From positions 1-50,196 of the IMG/VR virus record IMGVR_UViG_3300048878_000408: DNA of 50,196 nucleotides; one strand, given 5' to 3'. This DNA is from a virus. Its lineage: Duplodnaviria; Caudoviricetes. The notes beneath the pieces were generated by a model. That model saw nothing but the letters and a program-made list of their open reading frames with translations. It was not told where the DNA came from and did not search any database. Both the position numbers and the translations under genes were made by a program. How positions within the stretch are numbered: the stretch's first letter is position 1; every line of letters starts with the position of its first letter. Positions 28,117 to 36,729 of the stretch are shown piece by piece.

Positions 28117-28449
28117 CTATAACCCCGGACTAATAGTTGCTCTTCCTTCCATTAGTCTAGTAACTGTTCCAGCGGGGGAGGACATATCTATATCATAGAT
28201 ATATTCTATTGCTGCGTCCAGTGCTTTAGTTTGGGCAGGGCTTAGACTTAATTTAATAGAGCCACCCACTGCGCTAACTATAACTGTTGTAATTGATATA
28301 CAGTTATCATCGTAATACGATTTAGCTATTTTTGCATCAAAAGTATACCCTGTGATATCTAAGTTAGTACCCGCTGAAGAATCTATAGACAATTGAAGTT
28401 CCCAAGAGGAACCCTGCTCAATACTTAAATTATAAATACCTGCTGCCAT
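28117..28449 (-). CDS. BppU-N / T5 p132-like fibre collar protein
   Basis: YNL.IEQG.S, DITGYTF...I, G.I.LSLS..QT, YDI......V.RL.EG...I.PG. Confidence 0.75.
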   Translation of the reverse strand: MAAGIYNLSIEQGSSWELQLSIDSSAGTNLDITGYTFDAKIAKSYYDDNCISITTVIVSAVGGSIKLSLSPAQTKALDAAIEYIYDIDMSSPAGTVTRLMEGRATISPGL

Positions 28450-28558
28450 AATAAATTCCTTAGAAAAACTGTGCCTATTTCAATTTTTTATTGAAAGATG
28501 CTTTATACTTGTTAAAAGGTGTACACCAAATTATTTTAATGACCTTTTCTTACTAACT

Positions 28559-28587
28559 ATTATATCAAATTCCAACAGAAAAGTCAA
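28559..28587 (-). promoter_or_regulatory. Sigma70 promoter for side-fibre cluster
   Basis: On - strand TTGACT (28587-28582), 17 nt, TATAAT (28564-28559). Confidence 0.85.
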
Positions 28588-28599
28588 GAGTTAATTTTC

Positions 28600-29508
28600 T
28601 TATGCCCCTTGAAGATCTTTTATCTGTATTGCTTGTTTTTCCACCATATCTTTAAGTTCTTTAATAGCCTCAATATATAATGAATGCAACGCATCGTACT
28701 CTACAGTTTTAAAAACTTCATCAGTTCCTGTATGTAAAGGTAGACTTCTTTCAACTACTGCCTGAGGTAATACTTTCTCCACATCCTGAGCAATTACTCC
28801 TGCAGATCTTTTACCGCTATCCTTACGTGTAAACTCCACTCCATTAAGCTGTGAAACTTTATCTAAGGCCCCATCAACTGTGGAAATTGCAGTCTTTAGG
28901 TTCATATCAGACACTGTAGCTGAATAAGCTACTACGCTGCCATCAGCGTGCAGATCTCCATCACTCTCCATTCTGAATCTCTCTGTACCATTAAGGAAAA
29001 ATCCAAAATCTGCTGTATTAAATATAATATAGTCATTAGAGTCTCTACCTATATGAGTCATAGCGTCCCTAAGATCTGGCTGTACAGAGAATGTAGTTCC
29101 CGATAAATTAATTCCCGAGCCTGCTGAATAGGTAGTATTAGTATTAGTAGGGGTAACCCAAGAAAAAGTACCATCCCCATCAGACCTTAGAAACTGGGTA
29201 TTACTACCGTTGCCAGAGACTGCTAGTTTGTCAGCAGTAACGTTATCAGAAGCAATTTTAATAGTAGAGATAGCTCCCGAGGCTATATCCCCGCCTACTA
29301 TTGTACCAGAAATCACTTCTTCGAAAGAAGTGCCATTGTGAACTTTTAGTAAGTTGTTGGCAGAGTCATACCAGAGTTGCCCTGTAGTAGGGGATGAAGG
29401 TGCCGAAGCGTTACTATTAGTACTCTTAATAGCCGCTAAAGCATTATTTATATCCGAGCGGGTCGCTGGGAATGATTGATTAGAAATGTTGTAGTCATGT
29501 GTTGCCAT
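28600..29508 (-). CDS. Short tail fibre with C-terminal S74-like chaperone
   Basis: MATHDY.I.NQ.FP..R.DIN.AL N-terminus; SD..LK...GVIAQDVEKVLP chaperone similar to that of the 1210-aa fibre. Confidence 0.85.
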   Translation of the reverse strand: MATHDYNISNQSFPATRSDINNALAAIKSTNSNASAPSSPTTGQLWYDSANNLLKVHNGTSFEEVISGTIVGGDIASGAISTIKIASDNVTADKLAVSGNGSNTQFLRSDGDGTFSWVTPTNTNTTYSAGSGINLSGTTFSVQPDLRDAMTHIGRDSNDYIIFNTADFGFFLNGTERFRMESDGDLHADGSVVAYSATVSDMNLKTAISTVDGALDKVSQLNGVEFTRKDSGKRSAGVIAQDVEKVLPQAVVERSLPLHTGTDEVFKTVEYDALHSLYIEAIKELKDMVEKQAIQIKDLQGA

Positions 29509-29511
29509 AGT

Positions 29512-32500
29512 TTAATATCCTGTACTTATCCAATTGAAAGTTTTCTGGGTAGCAATACTGCTACTTGTATAAAAAGTTACTGTAAATCCGGTAGTAGTTG
29601 CACTAGTTATAGTATAATACTCCCCAGAATTAAAGTTCTGAACCGTAATACCCACCGTAGGTGTTGCCTTAAAAGGGGTACTATATGTTATTACTTCGGT
29701 ACCATTATTAGTACCAGAGCTGCTTATAATGTGTGTATCTCTTTTAATAGTATCCGGCATATCTATTGTAGCAGATAAAGCATCTAATCTAACGTTATGT
29801 GTAGTATTACTACTGGTTAGTTTTGATCTAAATCGTATACCTCTAGCTGTATAGTCTCCTACGAAGAAAGGTGCCCACGTAGACCAAGTAGGAGAAGCTC
29901 CAGAAGGGTCATCCGAAGTAATACTAACTTCCATAGAAGCATTGGTATCTGATATATCAGAACCATCAAACAAACCTTTTCCTGGCTCATCAAATAATCC
30001 AGAGGTAGCGTCAAATAAGCTAGTAGTAGAGAAAGAACTACTAGCGTATGATGCAGTAAGTCTATTGGTATATACTTCACCAAGATCATAGTCCTGAGCT
30101 GTAAAGTAATAGTACCCATAGGATAGTACATCTCCCTCTACCTTATAGTTTGACGAATTAGTTTGCCCAAATATATCTGCCTCTAGTATTAGAGTATTGC
30201 TATCTTGAACTGAGGAAATAGATGATAAGGCTCCTGTATCTAAATTTCGTATTAATCTATTATCATGAGTAGATGTGAAGGAGGCTCCTGTATCTCTTAG
30301 TACTGCATTTGGTACTTCTATACGGTACCCTTCCCCATCTTGATTATCAAAAATTGGAGAGGATAGTACTAACTCTGTACTGCTAGTTCTTGAAGATATT
30401 GTAGCTGTAGTATTATCAGTAGTATTACGTACTACCTTACCTACTACTTCAGTACTAAAAGAGGCTGTAGGATCGTATAATCTATCATATCCAGGCTCTA
30501 TTTGATAAGTATGGGTATCTTTATTATCAAAGATACCAGAAGACAAAGTTAGCTCATTACTATTCACAAAAGCTGAAACTGTAGCAGTAGTACTATCATT
30601 AGTATTTCGTACCGTTCTTCCTACTAGCGCAGAAGTAAAGCTTGCGCCGGTGTCTCTTAGATTATTTGGTCCAGCCTCTATCTCCCATATATCCCCACTC
30701 TGATCGTTAAAAATACCAGAAGATAAAGTAAGTTCATTACTACTGATAAAGCCAGATATTGTAGTAGTTGTATTATCTGTATTATTACGAATAGTTCTGC
30801 CTACATCACTAGAAGAGAACGAGGCTCCAGTATCTCTAACTCGCCCTGTTTCATTATGTACATTATACGTATGGCCATTTTTATTATCAAAAATACCCGA
30901 AGATAAAGTGAGCTCATTAGCGCTTACATAAGCACTAACTGTTGCAGTAGTGTTAGTATTCGTGTTTCTTACTAGATTTCCTACATGAGAAGATACGAAA
31001 CCTCCCCCTGTATTATATAGTTTATTAGGTCCTACTTCTACCTCATAATTATGTGCATTTTTATTGTCAAAAATACCAGAAGATAGGATTAATTCAGTAG
31101 AGCTAACATAAGTTGATACCGTAGCAGTAGTATTATCATTAGTATTACGTACAGTTCTACCTACTAGCGCAGAAGTAAAGCCTGCGCCGATATCCCTTAA
31201 GTACCTTGGTCCTGCTTCTAGTTCCCACGTATCTCCATGTGAATCATTAAAAATACCAGAAGATAAAGTAACTTCTGTGTTACTTAACCTACTAGCAATT
31301 GTAGTAGTTGTATTATCCGTAGTATTCCTAACAGTTCTTCCTATATCTGCAGTTGAGAAGCTTGCCGATAAGTCTCTTAGTCTGTTAAGTTCATTATTTA
31401 CGTTATAACTATCCCCTTCTTTATTGTCAAATATCCCAGAAGATAAAGTAAGCTCATTAGCACTTACATAAGCACTAACTGTAGTAGTTGTACTACGAGT
31501 AGTATTATATACTTTATTACCTACCATTCCTGATGAGAACCCACCACCAGTATTATAAAGCTTAGACGGGCCTGCCTCTACCTGGTATACGTGAGTATTT
31601 TTATTGTCAAAAATACCAGAAGATAGTACTAGTTCCGTAGTACTAGTAAAAGATGAAACTGTAGCGGTTGTGCCGGCGGATACATTTCTAACTGTCCTAC
31701 CTACTAGCGCAGAAGTAAAGCTGGCTCCGGTATCTCTTAGTACATTAGGACCTGCTTCTAATTCCCACGTATCTCCGTGGTCATTTTGAAATAAAGCGGA
31801 AGATAAAGTTACCAAACTAGAACTGTTAATAGTAGAAATAGTTGCAGTGCCTCCATCCGTATTATTTCGTATTGTTCTTCCTATATCTGCGGCTACAAAT
31901 GTTGCAGTAGTATCTCTTAATTGATTAGCTTTAGTTTCTAATCTGTAAGCATCTCCACTATACCCATCAAATATATCCGAACTTAAGATTAATCTAGTAC
32001 TACTAGTTACTGTATTTACTGTAGCCGTAGTATTATCTGTAGTATTGCGAATAATGTTATTTAACCAACTAGAGTCAAAAGAAGCGTTATCGTCTTCCAA
32101 CATGTTAGTAGTATGTGCGATGTCGTCAAAGTTACCTAATCTGCTGTCGAAGTTGCCAGAGGCGGTATCAAATATGTTGTTATTGTTTAATTCTGTGCTA
32201 CCTGAATTTAAAATAGCATTGTGTACTCCAGTAGCTCTAGCATCATCATGAGTACCTGTACCGAACCCATCATGAGTACCTGTAGCTATATATTCATTAT
32301 AAGTACCGGTATCTCTAGCGTCATCGTGCGTTCCAGTAGCTAAGTTATCATCATGAGTACCCGATACTAAGATATCATTGCTAGTGCCTGTAGATCTGGC
32401 GTCGTCGTGCGTTCCAGAAGATACTACATCATCCTCATGAGTTCCTGTATTGTAATAGGCATCATGAGTTCCAGAGGCTAGATTAATAGTATCTATCTGT

Positions 32501-32970
32501 ATACTTTGATTATTTGTATCATAAAATATATTAGTATTAGCAGGATTATTTATCCCTTCATCTGCAGTATTACTGCCATAGTTTGGATTTTGTACGCTAG
32601 TGTATACTGCATTCAACGATAATATGTCCGCCACATTGGAGGTGACTTTAGTAGCAGTACCTGATTCATTACCAGAAGAATCTAACGCTTTGATTAAATA
32701 GGTTCCTGACATTAAAGGCACTGAATAGCTCGTGGCATTACCCGGTATTGTTTTAGTAATATCTGAAGCAGCCGCCCAACTTGCACTAACCGCACTAGTA
32801 TACCTTACCCAGTAAGTTCCTCCATTTATAACATCTAAATCAGGTACTCCTGTCCAACTTAGATTAGCCTGGTCACCTTGAGATATCATGAAAAAATCTG
32901 TAACGTTGTTAGGGGGCGTTAATTTACCATATATTTCATCGGACCAAGTAGCAAAAGGTGAGTATAGCAT
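29512..32970 (-). CDS. Tail tip/straight-fibre protein (C-terminal half of a gpJ-like protein) with 11+11 repeat insertion
   Basis: N-terminal FN3 (LSW...Y.VRY...GTYLIKA.D.SGNES), 11 short GTHD repeats, 11 ~60-aa repeats, C-terminal W..W.PF..G.YT.R and F...P.VGIT domains; AAGGAG RBS. Confidence 0.85.
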   Translation of the reverse strand: MLYSPFATWSDEIYGKLTPPNNVTDFFMISQGDQANLSWTGVPDLDVINGGTYWVRYTSAVSASWAAASDITKTIPGNATSYSVPLMSGTYLIKALDSSGNESGTATKVTSNVADILSLNAVYTSVQNPNYGSNTADEGINNPANTNIFYDTNNQSIQIDTINLASGTHDAYYNTGTHEDDVVSSGTHDDARSTGTSNDILVSGTHDDNLATGTHDDARDTGTYNEYIATGTHDGFGTGTHDDARATGVHNAILNSGSTELNNNNIFDTASGNFDSRLGNFDDIAHTTNMLEDDNASFDSSWLNNIIRNTTDNTTATVNTVTSSTRLILSSDIFDGYSGDAYRLETKANQLRDTTATFVAADIGRTIRNNTDGGTATISTINSSSLVTLSSALFQNDHGDTWELEAGPNVLRDTGASFTSALVGRTVRNVSAGTTATVSSFTSTTELVLSSGIFDNKNTHVYQVEAGPSKLYNTGGGFSSGMVGNKVYNTTRSTTTTVSAYVSANELTLSSGIFDNKEGDSYNVNNELNRLRDLSASFSTADIGRTVRNTTDNTTTTIASRLSNTEVTLSSGIFNDSHGDTWELEAGPRYLRDIGAGFTSALVGRTVRNTNDNTTATVSTYVSSTELILSSGIFDNKNAHNYEVEVGPNKLYNTGGGFVSSHVGNLVRNTNTNTTATVSAYVSANELTLSSGIFDNKNGHTYNVHNETGRVRDTGASFSSSDVGRTIRNNTDNTTTTISGFISSNELTLSSGIFNDQSGDIWEIEAGPNNLRDTGASFTSALVGRTVRNTNDSTTATVSAFVNSNELTLSSGIFDNKDTHTYQIEPGYDRLYDPTASFSTEVVGKVVRNTTDNTTATISSRTSSTELVLSSPIFDNQDGEGYRIEVPNAVLRDTGASFTSTHDNRLIRNLDTGALSSISSVQDSNTLILEADIFGQTNSSNYKVEGDVLSYGYYYFTAQDYDLGEVYTNRLTASYASSSFSTTSLFDATSGLFDEPGKGLFDGSDISDTNASMEVSITSDDPSGASPTWSTWAPFFVGDYTARGIRFRSKLTSSNTTHNVRLDALSATIDMPDTIKRDTHIISSSGTNNGTEVITYSTPFKATPTVGITVQNFNSGEYYTITSATTTGFTVTFYTSSSIATQKTFNWISTGY
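30127..32103 (-). repeat. Eleven ~180-nt (60-aa) tandem repeats
   Basis: Consensus LRDTGASF....VGRTVRNT.DNTTAT.S...S..EL.LSSGIFD...G..Y.(V/I)E; period-3 subclasses. Confidence 0.92.
32191..32478 (-). repeat. Eleven 8-10-aa repeats x(S/T)GTH(D/E/N)
   Basis: ASGTHD, NTGTHE, SSGTHD, STGTSN, VSGTHD, ATGTHD, DTGTYN, ATGTHD, GTGTHD, ATGVHN, NSGSTE. Confidence 0.88.
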
Positions 32971-35372
32971 TAGAAAATTCTCCTTGTCTTAACTCGAAAC
33001 TCTAGCGTACCTGCTGGAGCATCATCAATAATAACACTTTGTGCTGAAGTTTCCCCTATAGAAACCCAGTTTGTAATAGCGGGAGCCTTTCTTCTCCATT
33101 CAACATAGTACGATGCAATATATGGGTAAGTAGTTGCGGTACCCGCAGTTTTTGGGGCATCCCAAGAAAATTCTGCTCTATTTTTAACATTACCCATTGA
33201 GTCAATATACAATTCCTCTGTAATAGTTAAGTTAGATGGAGACGGTATTGGGTCACTAGGGTTAGGTAAACTACTAGTGGACTTAGCAGAGAAGGCTATG
33301 TCCTCTTCTATCAAGTCATACTTCGCTCCATGATACTTCAATGCTGAAATTTCAACCATATTAGCACCAGACTCCCTAGTTATTAATACTCTAAAATCCT
33401 GAGCCTCTACGGACCCCATCTCCTCTAGTATCCACATATAGTTAGCTGTAGGAGTATTGGCGAATGCAGAAGTCACTGTAACTTCTGTTACTTCTTCTGT
33501 TACTGATACATAGTTAACATCTTTTGTTTCTACCCACACATAAGGTTTCCACTCATTATCTACGTGAGCATTTAAACAAGTCTCTTGAGTAGTCTCCGAT
33601 TGTTTAACTCCAGACTGTACACATGCCTCTTCTGTATTAATTAGAGATAACTTATAAGTTTTAAGTGCAGTAACAGAAGTAGGGGCATCTAATTTAATAG
33701 TAGTAGTTGTACTGCCTGCCGCAATTCTGCCTCCATAACGAATACCCGCTTTATGAGAGTCGGCTACTTTAATAATATCTCCAGGTCTAACTGCTGCACC
33801 TTCCATACCTGTTGTAAAGGTTACAGTTTCAGTTTCGTACCTTTCAGTATATAAAATCCACTTACCTACTCTTCTAGCCTGGCCTTGCGAAGTACAACCT
33901 ACAGCAATTACATCTGTAGAAAAAATCTGATTATTAGCATTAACTATGCCTGGAGCATCCTCTACATACTCGACATTTTGCCTATAGAAATCTTCTGGGT
34001 TATTCCAAGTAACGTGCGCTACGTTATGTCTCTGTTTCCTAGAAGTTCCTTCATACGTGAAAGAGCCTTCAATTACATTAGCGTCTGAAAAATTCATCAC
34101 TGGATCTTTAGGTGCATCCTGTACAGAACTAATCTGTCCTTGTTGCCAATATATCATACCTCTAAACGCTGAGGATATGTCATTTAGTACTTTAAAAGCT
34201 TCTTCTCTGCCTTGTAAGTACAGATTGCAAGCAAATCGTGCCTCTTTATTATCCCATCCGTCGTCTACTCCAATAAAGTTTCCCGAGTTATCTACTGAAT
34301 CACAATACTTTCCAATCTCATATAGAGACCACTTATCCATCTGACTAGCAGATAGCCACTTACCTAATCCGTACCTTTCATCAGTACATAAGTCGTATAA
34401 AATCCAAGCAGGATTACAAGTCCATGCAATATCAAACGTACCATCCCACGAGCCAGTGTACAAAGCATCTCCAGGCGAGGTACCTAACCAGGTTCCTCCC
34501 GCTTGTACACACCTATCTTTTCGTCTATAACCAGATAAAGAACAATGTCCAGGATCGTAAGGAGTGTAGTTACTAGGAACTTTTATCTTTACTCCTTTTA
34601 TTTCATATGCTCGTCTAGGAATAGAAGTAAACTGTCTAGCGTCTACCTGAGTAGCTATTAAAGCGCTATTAGGATACCTTAATTTATTATCTATAATTAT
34701 AGTATAAGAATTAAAATATATTTCATTCTGTATTTTTGTAGAAGTAGCGTCCTCACTAGTCCTTTCTACTTTAATAGCTATAGTAGTAAACCCAGCGGAC
34801 TTCCAAGTCGATGGTATATCTAGTCTATATGCTCTTTCATACTTTGCTGATGTCTTCCCTGTAAAAGAGTCTGCTTTTGCCTCGTACCAACCCCCGTCGT
34901 TGTCTTTTTCTAGCCAGATTTTGAAGGACACGGTGGAACCGTGTAAGTCCCCCTCATCATTGTCCCCATCTAAAAGTGCTGGAGTATGTATTATAACTCT
35001 TACTGCATCTACTGTAGTAGATGAAAATGTTTTGATTATGGCTCCGGGGGCTTCTTTAGTTACTGGAATGCCAACACCTACCCCAGATTCTGTCCCTGAA
35101 AACCCTGGTATGTAAGTCTGAGAATTTGTACCCTCTCTAGTAGAATAAGATACGTCGTCGAAGTTACTCCCACCCGCAGAGTCTTGTAGTGGAGTTTCAT
35201 TTAGGTAAATAGACTTTTCAGCATTTAATAACCCTACTATCTCTCCTTCAGATAATAAATCAATAACTCTAGCTTTAGATTCTGAAAATAATGTATCATC
35301 ATCTTCTTTAGGGGCACCACCGCTACCACCTTTTCCTCCACCTGCACCTCTAATCCAATCTTTATTACTCAT
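32970..35372 (-). CDS. Lambda gpJ-like tail tip (baseplate hub) protein, N-terminal part
   Basis: Start at ATGA overlap (MSNKDWIRGAGGGKGG); DL.SEGEI.GL, YPNSAL, W..NPAW.LYD.....RYGLG, GCTS.GQARR.GKW.L. Confidence 0.93.
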   Translation of the reverse strand: MSNKDWIRGAGGGKGGSGGAPKEDDDTLFSESKARVIDLLSEGEIVGLLNAEKSIYLNETPLQDSAGGSNFDDVSYSTREGTNSQTYIPGFSGTESGVGVGIPVTKEAPGAIIKTFSSTTVDAVRVIIHTPALLDGDNDEGDLHGSTVSFKIWLEKDNDGGWYEAKADSFTGKTSAKYERAYRLDIPSTWKSAGFTTIAIKVERTSEDATSTKIQNEIYFNSYTIIIDNKLRYPNSALIATQVDARQFTSIPRRAYEIKGVKIKVPSNYTPYDPGHCSLSGYRRKDRCVQAGGTWLGTSPGDALYTGSWDGTFDIAWTCNPAWILYDLCTDERYGLGKWLSASQMDKWSLYEIGKYCDSVDNSGNFIGVDDGWDNKEARFACNLYLQGREEAFKVLNDISSAFRGMIYWQQGQISSVQDAPKDPVMNFSDANVIEGSFTYEGTSRKQRHNVAHVTWNNPEDFYRQNVEYVEDAPGIVNANNQIFSTDVIAVGCTSQGQARRVGKWILYTERYETETVTFTTGMEGAAVRPGDIIKVADSHKAGIRYGGRIAAGSTTTTIKLDAPTSVTALKTYKLSLINTEEACVQSGVKQSETTQETCLNAHVDNEWKPYVWVETKDVNYVSVTEEVTEVTVTSAFANTPTANYMWILEEMGSVEAQDFRVLITRESGANMVEISALKYHGAKYDLIEEDIAFSAKSTSSLPNPSDPIPSPSNLTITEELYIDSMGNVKNRAEFSWDAPKTAGTATTYPYIASYYVEWRRKAPAITNWVSIGETSAQSVIIDDAPAGTLEFRVKTRRIF

Positions 35373-36022
35373 GCTACATCCTCTGGTATATAATCCTCTG
35401 GCATAACTCCAGAACTGATAACGGCTCCTCCTACTAACAATTGCCCGTAACATACAGGAATAGCGAAACCTTGTCTAGCTGTATTAGCTGCCCCATCAAA
35501 TCCATAGTTTGTAGGCCTATCAGCTGTAGATGGAAGCTCCGGTGTTGGTGCTAACATAGAAGCCACCCCTCCTAGTATTAAGGCTCCTGCAAACTTTAAT
35601 GCCATAGTACCCATTGAGCCCGCTAAAGTTACTCCGTGAGTTATAGTACCCATAGCTCCTAATTCTCCGGCTGCTAAAGAACCTATCGATTGAAGCCCGT
35701 ACGCATAAAAGCCACCGATAATAAGTGCTCCTAAAAGAATCATGCCTAGACCTTTACTTTTTGCTCCAAGAACTACAGGAATTATCTTAATTTCTTGACG
35801 GCCAGAAGGGTCTCCTAATTCAGGATAGTCATTAATATAAGACTTCCCTACCATTATTTTGTACCCTACACCTCGTTCTTCTGAAGAAGCAACAAACTGT
35901 CTAAATCCTATATTATTAACGTCAAGTGCTTTAAAAGCCTCCCCAGGGGAGTCTACGTCTAAGGACCACTCCTTTCCGAACTTTTCAGCTAACTCTCCAT
36001 AAAGTATTATTTTCTTTAACAT
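35369..36022 (-). CDS. Lambda gpI-like tail assembly protein
   Basis: MLKKIILYGEL...FG, I.IIPVV.GA, Y.F.G..NT..QG..IPV.YG...VG..VIS. Confidence 0.9.
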   Translation of the reverse strand: MLKKIILYGELAEKFGKEWSLDVDSPGEAFKALDVNNIGFRQFVASSEERGVGYKIMVGKSYINDYPELGDPSGRQEIKIIPVVLGAKSKGLGMILLGALIIGGFYAYGLQSIGSLAAGELGAMGTITHGVTLAGSMGTMALKFAGALILGGVASMLAPTPELPSTADRPTNYGFDGAANTARQGFAIPVCYGQLLVGGAVISSGVMPEDYIPEDVA

Positions 36023-36729
36023 AATGATTTGTGCCTTAAATGGTGCGTGGTATGTTTTCTCCAATATCCGCCATAGATTTCTCTATTGGATAGTCTACCG
36101 TATACGTGATGTAAAATTCTATCGTTCCCAATAAAAACTGCGGCATGGTTTGGTACAGGTGAAACTAATTTTATTAAAAATACATCGTATTTTTTAATGT
36201 CATTTTCATCAAGTATCTTAACAAAACCCTGCTCTTCATAGTTTTCTAAATATCGATTCTCTCCTTTATCCCACCAGCCGTCTTGACCACTATAACATTC
36301 AAAATCGATATTTAGCTCTTTTTTGTAATAATCTCTAAGTAATGTACAACAATCTAAAACTCCATAACTGAATTGTCTACCCACTATTGGGGCTTCGTAC
36401 CCTGTGGGCTCCCAGCTATATAGTCTGTTACCTGGCCAACTTAAAATGTGCCAAGGCTTATTAGAAGTTTCGCAAGCAACTTTATCCGCTTCAGAAGGCG
36501 TACAGCCTTCATTAGGATGAGAATGACAAATACCTATAATAACTCCTGTATCTTCTGCATCCGCATAACTTACTGGATCTATTATAAAATACTCTTCTGC
36601 GCGACCTGCTATATTTTTTGCTGGGAAGTACCTTTCTTTCTTGCCTACCCCTATTATAAACCCGCAGGCTTCTTTAGGGTATTCCGCTTCTACATGCTTT
36701 CTAAAATCATCTAGAGTTTTATCATTCAT
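36016..36729 (-). CDS. Lambda gpK-like tail protein (JAB + NlpC/P60)
   Basis: YP.EACG, HSHP.....PS.AD; GR.F..GV.DC, NHAAV.IG...ILHH...RLS. Confidence 0.93.
   Translation of the reverse strand: MNDKTLDDFRKHVEAEYPKEACGFIIGVGKKERYFPAKNIAGRAEEYFIIDPVSYADAEDTGVIIGICHSHPNEGCTPSEADKVACETSNKPWHILSWPGNRLYSWEPTGYEAPIVGRQFSYGVLDCCTLLRDYYKKELNIDFECYSGQDGWWDKGENRYLENYEEQGFVKILDENDIKKYDVFLIKLVSPVPNHAAVFIGNDRILHHVYGRLSNREIYGGYWRKHTTHHLRHKSLC

Noticed and set aside
30127-32478. Repeats as a CRISPR array or DGR template/variable region
   Set aside because: In-frame coding repeats with mostly synonymous divergence, no unique spacers, no adenine-specific pattern noticed and no reverse transcriptase in the window
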